DNA from: Planctomycetota bacterium | GTDB taxonomy: Bacteria; Planctomycetota; PLA2; JAEUHO01 | Length of the DNA stretch: 48,116 bases | Direction of reading: 5' to 3' | NCBI GenBank assembly: GCA_965222115.1 | Contig: CBDCTJ010000006.1 | Location: 1 to 48,116 of the forward strand | Part shown: in pieces, positions 16,076 through 23,796 of the stretch | How positions within the stretch are numbered: the stretch's first letter is position 1 | How the letters are laid out: the number at the start of each line of letters is the position of its first letter | Notes under the pieces: model-generated | Databases searched by the model: none | Seen by the model: only the letters and a program-made list of their open reading frames with translations | What the model was told of the DNA's origin: nothing | Position numbers and translations under genes: made by a program

Positions 16076-16359
16076 AGTACTGGCACCCTTAGTTCCTTTT
16101 TTATAAGCTGCTGTAGTTGCCACAATGTTAAGTCACCTTTGTTCACTTTACTCATGACAAGGCCTTTTACAATGCTACGCAAATACTCAAGTTGAATTTG
16201 AAGTGACTCTAACTGCCCGCCATTATTAGATATAGTCATAACAGCATCTACATACGTAGATAATGGCACGTACACTTCGCTTCCATAACGATTTGTATAT
16301 TCTACTTTTACTTTAGGTGAAGCTATATGTCGCTTCATCTCTTTTTTGCTTAGGTACAT
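16072..16359 (-). CDS. Hypothetical protein
   Basis: 95 aa ORF in operon register. Confidence 0.65.
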   Translation of the reverse strand: MYLSKKEMKRHIASPKVKVEYTNRYGSEVYVPLSTYVDAVMTISNNGGQLESLQIQLEYLRSIVKGLVMSKVNKGDLTLWQLQQLIKKELRVPVL

Positions 16360-16361
16360 GA

Positions 16362-16772
16362 TTAGTTACTTTCTGGATCACTAGACCACAAACGTGCATA
16401 TGCATCTTCCTGGCGGTACATGTAGTACATTGCACCATGCAAGAAACTGTTAGCTAATGAGTTTGCTAATCGTAAAAAAGCTTCAGGATGCGACAACCAG
16501 AAATCAATACCAAGATCTTCTGTAAGCCTAGCTGAAAAATACGCAACCATATCGTCCATACAAAGACCAGTTGCATCTTCGCAGAACTTTGTAGTTTTTA
16601 TGGCTTTTTCTCTATTCGTCGGTTGCTTCATAGCGTTTACTATTTGGTCTGTATTTTTTACATACCCGCTGTCTATAAGTACACGTGCTGCAACTTGCTT
16701 GAGAACTTTACGACCTCTCTTTGATCGTTCTAGTTCATTTTTCACATCAGATACAAACTTTGAAGGATCCAT
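16362..16772 (-). CDS. Hypothetical protein
   Basis: 136 aa; AGGAG RBS and its own promoter. Confidence 0.75.
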   Translation of the reverse strand: MDPSKFVSDVKNELERSKRGRKVLKQVAARVLIDSGYVKNTDQIVNAMKQPTNREKAIKTTKFCEDATGLCMDDMVAYFSARLTEDLGIDFWLSHPEAFLRLANSLANSFLHGAMYYMYRQEDAYARLWSSDPESN

Positions 16773-16819
16773 AAAAACTCCTAGCTTTTAGCAAGATTGA
16801 TTTCTCGCTGCATATCTAT

Positions 16820-16850
16820 ATTATACAATGAGAAATCGCAAAAGCTGCAA
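16820..16850 (-). promoter_or_regulatory. Sigma70-like promoter
   Basis: TATAAT at 16820-16825; TTGCAG 19 nt upstream. Confidence 0.6.
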
Positions 16851-16868
16851 CAAAAACAGTCAGTGAAC

Positions 16869-17258
16869 TTATAATTTTGTCACGCGTCCTGCAGCCATAA
16901 TTGGTGATGGCATAAACATCCAACTAAAGTTTACCAAAACTGGAGCTCGCGCCCATGTAACTCCATTTTTTGCTTGTTTAGGATGTTGCAATGCGGAAAT
17001 TACAGTCATAGCAAGTTGCTGATTCAATTCCTGTATTAGTTCTGGTTTACACCCTACTAAGCCTGGTACTTCATGTGTAAATGGCATAGGTTGACCATCC
17101 TTTAAGATTAGTGTAGTGGCGCTAATTTTACCGAGGTATGATCCATGCAGTGGCTCTTTGCTGATTATACATTCCGCATAATTGAGACCGGAATGCTCGA
17201 ACCCTCCACTCAATACCTTTGTAAATCCTGCAAATTTGTCGCTTCCATTACTGACCAT
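16869..17258 (-). CDS. Hypothetical protein
   Basis: 129 aa; GGAG RBS. Confidence 0.7.
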   Translation of the reverse strand: MVSNGSDKFAGFTKVLSGGFEHSGLNYAECIISKEPLHGSYLGKISATTLILKDGQPMPFTHEVPGLVGCKPELIQELNQQLAMTVISALQHPKQAKNGVTWARAPVLVNFSWMFMPSPIMAAGRVTKL

Positions 17259-17263
17259 TCAAG

Positions 17264-17593
17264 TTACTCCATAAGATCTGACCATTTGTCGTCGACATTG
17301 GTTTTTCGGTCCTTTTTTGCTGCACGTTTACGTGACCAGTACCGTCTAGAAGATTCTAGTCTAGCTACTCTAGCTTTAGGATCACTATGATATTTGAGCC
17401 TAGCTTTACGAGCTTTTATTGCCAAGTAATACTTATCCTCTACTTTACGTCGTGCATGATAGTCTCGAGCATATTCTTTACGGCATGGTTTACAATAAGA
17501 ATCACCTCTATTGAAGTGCTTTTCGTTTTTTGTTTCACCACATTTGCAACAATACATGTTGCCATTCTCATCGGCACCTGTTTTTCTAGGCAT
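17264..17593 (-). CDS. Basic zinc-finger protein
   Basis: CCKCGETK...F...YCKPCRKEY, like the N-terminal Zn module of phage HNH/EndoVII proteins but with no catalytic domain; AGGAGG RBS. Confidence 0.7.
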   Translation of the reverse strand: MPRKTGADENGNMYCCKCGETKNEKHFNRGDSYCKPCRKEYARDYHARRKVEDKYYLAIKARKARLKYHSDPKARVARLESSRRYWSRKRAAKKDRKTNVDDKWSDLME

Positions 17594-17794
17594 TTATCCT
17601 CCTAGCAATTCACCTGGTAAACAGACCAACCAAATTATAGCTTTGTATGTAAACCATAATAATGGAATACCTACAACTAAACCTACGATTTCGTTAGTTA
17701 GAACTTCTATTTTTAGACGGAGCAATGATGATTGCTGTTTCTTTTGGTGAAAGTATAAGCATTGATCGATTTGACTGTTTCTTTTTTCGAACAA
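17594..17794 (-). CDS. Possible small membrane protein (start uncertain)
   Basis: Hydrophobic C-terminal half fills the gap, but the start overlaps the upstream ORF by ~100 nt. Confidence 0.35.
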   Translation of the reverse strand: MFEKRNSQIDQCLYFHQKKQQSSLLRLKIEVLTNEIVGLVVGIPLLWFTYKAIIWLVCLPGELLGG

Positions 17795-18098
17795 TTGATT
17801 TTTCTCCAGGAACTAATATTTTAGTTCCAGCTGCTGTTTTAGCCATAAGCCCCGGATTTCTGTAATCTTCTAAAGGACGTGGTACAAATGCTATGCATTG
17901 AGTACGGCCCCACAGTAAATCGGAGTTAGGTGTAGTTTTAGTAAAACTACACTTAGATTCATGCTCTGTGTGGGTTAGCTTCACACATGTAAAACAGCAT
18001 GGTGTTGCAAATAATCCTTTACCTTTCGGAGGTCTCTTTTTGCCTACAGCAAACAATATATTATACTGTTTGGTTCGACCGCGCGTTCCTGGTTTCAT
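17694..18098 (-). CDS. Hypothetical basic Cys-containing protein
   Basis: CCFTC...C...C; ATGA overlap. Confidence 0.6.
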   Translation of the reverse strand: MKPGTRGRTKQYNILFAVGKKRPPKGKGLFATPCCFTCVKLTHTEHESKCSFTKTTPNSDLLWGRTQCIAFVPRPLEDYRNPGLMAKTAAGTKILVPGEKSIVRKKKQSNRSMLILSPKETAIIIAPSKNRSSN

Positions 18099-18373
18099 TC
18101 TACATACCAGTCTTCGCTATCTACTACTTTTTTGGCAAGTTGAGCGCTCAATACTGCCCGCTGCTTAGTAGTTAGTGCTTGCCAGTATGGCGACTTAAAA
18201 TTAAAAGCTACTGTATCTCGTGACTCTAGTGTAGTAGCTGTTATGTCTACTGGCCGGCCTTCGTCATCTTGCACTATCAGACGCGCATATGAATCTGGAC
18301 CTATAGCGTAAGCCGTATCAACGGCAGAAGAAAACTTCATGACATACCTTTCTTGACTAAAATCAACGTACAC
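18095..18373 (-). CDS. Hypothetical protein
   Basis: 92 aa; start uncertain (GTG 18373 or a later ATG). Confidence 0.6.
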   Translation of the reverse strand: MYVDFSQERYVMKFSSAVDTAYAIGPDSYARLIVQDDEGRPVDITATTLESRDTVAFNFKSPYWQALTTKQRAVLSAQLAKKVVDSEDWYVE

Positions 18374-18385
18374 ATTGTACGCTTC

Positions 18386-18590
18386 GTTTTTATATTTTAG
18401 CTTGTGAAGCTACATAATAAAAACAAAAAACGAGAGTGGTTGCTTTTATTTTCACTCGTCGTTTCAGATAAATTCGCGCGTTCAGAAGCATTTGCAAGCG
18501 ATCTAAGATGCATTTTAGTCGCTTTGCGTTTGCTTCTAAACGCTAGTGGAACATGTCTTACGACTATTTATATATGCTACGTACTCCACT
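18386..18590 (+). ncRNA. Candidate structured RNA or ssDNA element (four adjacent hairpins)
   Basis: Inverted repeats 18386-18424, 18428-18464, 18478-18543, 18545-18590; wobble pairs are G-U on the + strand. Confidence 0.45.
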
Positions 18591-18592
18591 GT

Positions 18593-19198
18593 TTACTTAC
18601 GCCATCCTTTCTTGTTAAGTGCACGCTTTAGTAGCACAGTTTTAGACTTACTGCATGGTGCATGAAGACCACGTCCAAGCATATTTACTGATGCTCTATG
18701 ATGAAACCAATGACCTATACCAATAGCGTCTGCAATGTCAAGTTCACGCTTTTTATTTTTTAGGTTAACACCATACTGCCCGTATATGTGGTTAACAAAT
18801 GACAGATTAGCAGTTTTTTGAGACCTACCTTTCCATTTGTCAGGCGTCACCTCTAAGAAAAATCGCGGAACAGAGGGAGGTACGTGAATCGCAGATGCCA
18901 TCATACCAACCAAATATACGAGACGTAGTGTACCATCGGCTGAGCGTCCATCCCATTTTTTACCTTGGTAAATAGTGTTAGGACTTTCAGACACAACAAA
19001 CAAAGGATCATGTTCGCGTATCAATGACAAAACTTTATCTCTAACTGAAGCTGCTTTAAGTCGCCAGTCCTTAAGTGCTCGAGGCGGATGTAGTACACCC
19101 CACTCTACTGGAAGTCCACCATTCCATCCACAAAATCCACAATCATTAATTGATGGATCTAAAGATAAAACGGTCCATTTACCTCTAGCTCTCGCCAT
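18593..19198 (-). CDS. RuvC-like Holliday junction resolvase
   Basis: VLSLDPS, VVSE, PDKWK, DIADAIGIG acidic motifs. Confidence 0.8.
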   Translation of the reverse strand: MARARGKWTVLSLDPSINDCGFCGWNGGLPVEWGVLHPPRALKDWRLKAASVRDKVLSLIREHDPLFVVSESPNTIYQGKKWDGRSADGTLRLVYLVGMMASAIHVPPSVPRFFLEVTPDKWKGRSQKTANLSFVNHIYGQYGVNLKNKKRELDIADAIGIGHWFHHRASVNMLGRGLHAPCSKSKTVLLKRALNKKGWRK

Positions 19199-19211
19199 TT
19201 CTTAAAGGTTC

Positions 19212-19412
19212 CTATTTGGTTATATCTTTTATCATTTCGGATCCTATTTCGAATCCGTCAGCTAAGGCTTCCATCATTAAACCTGTAGCTATACCAAAAG
19301 CTACGAAAGGAAACATTACTACACTAGTTACTAATCTAAGTATTAGATTCATTTCTTGGCTTACCTTTCCATCTTTCTCGAGGAATTCTTCCTGGGGGTA
19401 ACTTAGCACCAC
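19212..19412 (-). CDS. Small membrane protein
   Basis: One long hydrophobic segment. Confidence 0.55.
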   Translation of the reverse strand: MVLSYPQEEFLEKDGKVSQEMNLILRLVTSVVMFPFVAFGIATGLMMEALADGFEIGSEMIKDITK

Positions 19413-19442
19413 CTGCTACACAATCACTGCATATAGCAAATG

Positions 19443-21413
19443 CTACAGGTTCGTCGACATCCACCATTTTTTCACACCAGTAGCATCTGCTATGTATTTG
19501 TTTCCGGCCTTTGCGCTTGGGTGATCCCATGTTGGCTCCACGTCAATATCTATAAGTTTACCCCATGTAGGATTAAACTGTTCTACGTCACATTTCAAAG
19601 GTACACAAAATAGATTTTTGTCACCTAAAAATGATGCACAATATGCTGACAATATCTCTATAGCATCAGATTCAGGTAACTTTTTAGATATTCTAATACC
19701 TGCTTCATCATGTACTGTTACGTATTGCTCAGCTATTTTTTGGTTATGCTTACGATTCCACCAATTTAAGCAATGGTAGCCTCGCACTAGGGCACGTTTC
19801 ATTAGTGTACCACAGCCACCTTGGATAAGCCAATTAATGGCTTTATACCATTCACTACTACCTAAACGGTGAGTACGACCAAACCTGTCAACAACGCACC
19901 CAAACTCAGCAATTTGGTGTGCTGTTAATTCCTTTAAACGGTTAACACCAGGAAACCCTTCAAGATAAGCACGACGAAGTGCGCGTGTTTGGCCCATTGT
20001 AATCATTTCTTGAAGGTTGTCGTCTTGATTAATAGTTTCCATTGTAGTTTTATCGCCAGCACCATAAATAATGGCAAAATTCAAAGTCTTTGCTCTGAAG
20101 CGATCTTCTTTGGTAACTTCGCTTGAATTCCCCATTACATGCTTTATGCGTTCTGCAGTTCCTGTATGTGCGTCAACTTCATTTAGGAACATACTAATAA
20201 GAGTTTTATCTTGACTATAGTCTGCAAAATCTACCATTTCAACTTGTTTGTAGTCAGCATGATAAGTATAGTAGTTATTTGATATAAAACAATCACGTAC
20301 AGAATAATTTTTGATGCTGCCTTCACGTGGCATTTGTTGAATAGGCGGTTCAGCAGCTGACATTCTACCTGTGCGTGCACCAGTTTGTCTATACGAAGGA
20401 TGGATTTTACCATCCGGACATATAGCACTAAGAATTTGCTTTGATATTTTTGTAAATGCTTCTAATTTACGAATACGTCTAAGTCGCCTAATAACTAAAC
20501 TATTAGGTGCATGTCTTTTAAGTGCATTTTTACCGCAAGATTTATTACCTGTTTTAGTAAAGTCTAAACATTCTAGACCTAATTTTTCATACATAAACTC
20601 GCGCATTTGCTTAGGTGAACGTTGATTAGGAGTGTAACCTACTTCTGCTTTTATTTTGCTATACTGATAGTCTATAGCAGAAAGTGCTTTTTCTACAGAA
20701 GATTCTAAGTATTCTTCATTTACAGGTAAACCATTGTTATGCATATCAATAAGCACTGGAACAAGATACATTTCAGTATTAAAGGTTGGCATCATATTAT
20801 CGCGTTCTAAGCCACCTTTAAGTAAATACCACATATACATGGTCATTTTACCGTCATCTTCTATGTACCGTCCCATTATTTCCCATGGTACATGAGAGTA
20901 GTTAGGCTCGCAGCCATAAGTAGTATGACAGTATTGGCGATTGCGAGCAATCCATGTTTTGACTTCAGAGTCTGATCCAGGTTCTATAAGTGGCTTACCA
21001 TCTTTTCTAAGATAGGCAGCAGAACACTGTTTTAGTCTAAATGGAAAAGCTTTTTCATCTAACAAACTTATAGCTACTTGAGCATCTGCCCATGGCCATT
21101 GCAGCTCTATACCATAGGTAGCAGTAATCATTCGCCAATCAAAGCCAATGTTCCAACCTACCTTTAAGACATCGGGATTTTCTAGTATGGCATGCAGTAT
21201 ACGTTTGTTTGTAGGTGAGCCAAAACCTTCAGCTCTCACTGATTCTAAGTATGCGCCTTCTTCCCGCAGAACTTTACAATCACCTGTATCAGAATACAAA
21301 ACCGTGGCAAATACACGGGCACCTTTATGCACATATAGTCCTGTTGTTTCACAGTCAAATGCAATAGCTTTATTGTACTCTAATCGGAAATCTCCGACTT
21401 CGATTGTTGGCAT
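19443..21413 (-). CDS. polA: DNA polymerase family A with 3'-5' exonuclease
   Basis: FDCETTGL, WNIGFD, YIEDD exonuclease motifs; ARTGRMS, ADYKQVE (A), RAKTLNFAIIYG (B), TVHDE (C); ATG 21413 has GAGG RBS. Confidence 0.95.
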   Translation of the reverse strand: MPTIEVGDFRLEYNKAIAFDCETTGLYVHKGARVFATVLYSDTGDCKVLREEGAYLESVRAEGFGSPTNKRILHAILENPDVLKVGWNIGFDWRMITATYGIELQWPWADAQVAISLLDEKAFPFRLKQCSAAYLRKDGKPLIEPGSDSEVKTWIARNRQYCHTTYGCEPNYSHVPWEIMGRYIEDDGKMTMYMWYLLKGGLERDNMMPTFNTEMYLVPVLIDMHNNGLPVNEEYLESSVEKALSAIDYQYSKIKAEVGYTPNQRSPKQMREFMYEKLGLECLDFTKTGNKSCGKNALKRHAPNSLVIRRLRRIRKLEAFTKISKQILSAICPDGKIHPSYRQTGARTGRMSAAEPPIQQMPREGSIKNYSVRDCFISNNYYTYHADYKQVEMVDFADYSQDKTLISMFLNEVDAHTGTAERIKHVMGNSSEVTKEDRFRAKTLNFAIIYGAGDKTTMETINQDDNLQEMITMGQTRALRRAYLEGFPGVNRLKELTAHQIAEFGCVVDRFGRTHRLGSSEWYKAINWLIQGGCGTLMKRALVRGYHCLNWWNRKHNQKIAEQYVTVHDEAGIRISKKLPESDAIEILSAYCASFLGDKNLFCVPLKCDVEQFNPTWGKLIDIDVEPTWDHPSAKAGNKYIADATGVKKWWMSTNL

Positions 21414-22174
21414 GGCTTTACCTCTACGCCACATGTAGTACATACACCATTAGGTAGAATGTTGCACACTCTATCCATAATAATGCATTCAGGTAGCTGC
21501 TCTGATACGGTTTTTAGAATAAAGTTAGACTCATGTGTTATTCCTGAGTCTTTACTTTTAGGTACAATACCACACTCATCGATAATCCAATTAGCTGTAG
21601 CTAGTTCATCTCCTACGTCTTCAGGTAATGTAGTTGTAACATGATTTAGCTTATGGTAAACTAGCCCACGAATAATGCCATCTATAGCTTGTTGGTAAAC
21701 AATACTATCAGATCGATAACAGTCTAGTACAAGTGGTAACCTTCCAAATGGCATCATTATTACTTGATCGTATGGATGCGTTGTTATGTGCATCATACAA
21801 CGATTCATCATGCGTAATGATTCATTTTCAAGAAGTTTTTGTTTACGTTTCCATTTTCCACCAAATCGAGGCAATACTGATGACCAGTATACAAAATAAG
21901 CTGCACTATCAAGAACAGTACGCTCTGCTATCCAGTTATGGTCTACAGCACTAGCGTTATTTTCGCATTCTATTTGGTTTTCTATTATTTCTACTTGCAC
22001 TTTTACATAAGTAAGAGGATCTTGGTCTAGATTTCTTTCTATAGATACAGTATTGTTTCGTTCAAATACAATTCTAGCTTGGGATTGTATATATCGATAC
22101 TTCATTAATGAAGCAATTTCAAGAGCTGTACATGTTTTACCTGTACCGCCAGAACCAGATAATGCTATCCTCAT
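21380..22174 (-). CDS. P-loop nucleotide kinase (AAA_28/NadR-like, probable dNMP kinase)
   Basis: MRIALSGSGGTGKT and ERTVLDSAAY motifs. Confidence 0.8.
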   Translation of the reverse strand: MRIALSGSGGTGKTCTALEIASLMKYRYIQSQARIVFERNNTVSIERNLDQDPLTYVKVQVEIIENQIECENNASAVDHNWIAERTVLDSAAYFVYWSSVLPRFGGKWKRKQKLLENESLRMMNRCMMHITTHPYDQVIMMPFGRLPLVLDCYRSDSIVYQQAIDGIIRGLVYHKLNHVTTTLPEDVGDELATANWIIDECGIVPKSKDSGITHESNFILKTVSEQLPECIIMDRVCNILPNGVCTTCGVEVKPCQQSKSEISD

Positions 22175-22659
22175 AGCTCTATACCATTTTTAGTGCGTTG
22201 GTCGTGGTCCTCTAGTACTTCTTTAATAGCAGGCGCCCTGTAAGAACTACCTTTAGATCTGAGACGGGTGTCTTTTTCGTCTCGTAGAGCTTTAGTCATG
22301 TTAGATTGATGTACTTCCCAGAATACATCTGCACATGGAATGTTATAAGTAACTGCAGTACCTATTACAACATATAGAAGGTCTGCAATAGCATCTGCGG
22401 CCATGATGCGATTGCCTCTAGATAGTGCTTCAGCTAACTCAGAAGCTTCTTCTAGAATTAAATGTAAGCGTACTAAAGATGTATCAGGAATACCTACAAA
22501 CTCTGAATCTTCAGCAAAGTTTAGTACTTCCTTAGACATAGCTTTTAGTCTATTAGCATGTCTAGTTAAGTAGTAACTATCACAACATTCTACTGGAATG
22601 TTTATTGGAAAGTTATATTTTTTGTGAAAACTTTCAACAGCACTTTGTTCTGCGTCCAT
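22171..22659 (-). CDS. MazG/PRA-PH-like NTP pyrophosphohydrolase
   Basis: LILEEASEL...DAIADLLYV...EVHQSNMTK motifs. Confidence 0.88.
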   Translation of the reverse strand: MDAEQSAVESFHKKYNFPINIPVECCDSYYLTRHANRLKAMSKEVLNFAEDSEFVGIPDTSLVRLHLILEEASELAEALSRGNRIMAADAIADLLYVVIGTAVTYNIPCADVFWEVHQSNMTKALRDEKDTRLRSKGSSYRAPAIKEVLEDHDQRTKNGIEL

Positions 22660-22749
22660 ATTTTTCCTAGCTTAAATACTACCTTGTGGCAGAGGTACAA
22701 CTTGAGAAAGCTAGGACAACCTCAAATTACACTTACCACAAAGCAGTAC

Positions 22750-22788
22750 AAAAAGTGAGCCGACCACCTATGTCAAAATGGTCGACTC
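22750..22788 (-). terminator. Rho-independent terminator
   Basis: GAGUCGACCA/UGGUCGGCUC stem followed by ACUUUUU. Confidence 0.75.
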
Positions 22789-22809
22789 GTTTTGTCAAGA
22801 AAGACGAAG

Positions 22810-23679
22810 TTACTCTACAGCAACTTCTTCGTCCTCGTCGAGGACTTCATCAGAATCAGCTGCAACATTTTCAGTTGTAGCTTCATCATCAAATTCGTCA
22901 AGTGGATCAGGTGCATCTTCAGAAGGCACTTCAACTTCTTTTGCTTGTGCCTTCTTTTCTGCAGCCTTGGCAGCTTTCTCAGCTTTTTCTTCTTCACGCT
23001 TTTTCTTATTGATAGCTTTATCAATATCACGTGTTAGCATAGCAAGAGGTTTGCCGGTATCACCGCCATAACCAACGTTCTCAAACTTACCATTACGGTA
23101 TTGCGTAAGATACCATGCAAGGTGAGTTTTATCGAACTTTGATTCAGGAAACTTTTCTTTGACAGCAGCAATAATATCATCATTGCTAGGTGCCACCATA
23201 CCAGTGACTTCTTCACCTGTTTCAGGATTGGTGTACGTTTGCTCAGTACCAGCAAGAATCTTCAATACAAGACTCTTGATAGTGGGCCCACGTGAAACAC
23301 GTTTAGTACCCGAACGTGGTGAATTTTCAACAAGTGGCTCACACATAGCTTCTTCTGTAACTTTAGCCACAGGTGCAGGCAAATCACCATCACATACTAC
23401 TGTATAGAAAAGCGCCTGGAAGCCATATTGACATAGACGTACTAGTTGCTTACGATTAGGGCTCAACAAAGTTTCTTCTGTTGCATCTTCACCCTCACCA
23501 CGGGTAACAGTAACCATAGGATCATGCCCGTAGAGCTCAGCGTACAACGGCTGAAGCTTCTTAGTAGGCATGGCACTAATAGCACGAATTACGTCCATGT
23601 AGTTTTCGGTGGTAGGTGCAACAACCGTCTCAAGACGATCCAAAGATTCTTTGGTGACCTGGCGTAGTTGTTCTGACAT
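22810..23679 (-). CDS. Hypothetical protein with helical domain, Lys/Ala-rich helix and acidic tail
   Basis: 289 aa; own promoter, GGAG RBS and terminator. Confidence 0.85.
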   Translation of the reverse strand: MSEQLRQVTKESLDRLETVVAPTTENYMDVIRAISAMPTKKLQPLYAELYGHDPMVTVTRGEGEDATEETLLSPNRKQLVRLCQYGFQALFYTVVCDGDLPAPVAKVTEEAMCEPLVENSPRSGTKRVSRGPTIKSLVLKILAGTEQTYTNPETGEEVTGMVAPSNDDIIAAVKEKFPESKFDKTHLAWYLTQYRNGKFENVGYGGDTGKPLAMLTRDIDKAINKKKREEEKAEKAAKAAEKKAQAKEVEVPSEDAPDPLDEFDDEATTENVAADSDEVLDEDEEVAVE

Positions 23680-23749
23680 TTCAGATACTCCAGTTCATGT
23701 TTGCTAAAAGCTACTGTTACCCAATGCAACAGCATGCTAAACAGACTAT

Positions 23750-23778
23750 ATTATACTGCAAGAAAACATCAAACGCAA
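23750..23778 (-). promoter_or_regulatory. Sigma70-like promoter
   Basis: TTGCGT-17 nt-TATAAT; leader hairpin UGCUGUUGC/GUAACAGUA follows. Confidence 0.75.
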
Positions 23779-23796
23779 CATTCTATTCGCCCAAAA

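Noticed and set aside
17264-17593. HNH/EndoVII homing endonuclease
   Set aside because: Only the zinc module is present; no catalytic motif.
17690-17720. Possible sixth +1 frameshift at an A5 run joining 17694..18098 to 17594..17794
   Set aside because: No homology context to show the two parts belong together; left unresolved.
18404-18631. 75-aa + strand ORF over the hairpin cluster
   Set aside because: No RBS, overlaps the resolvase end; structure explains the region better.
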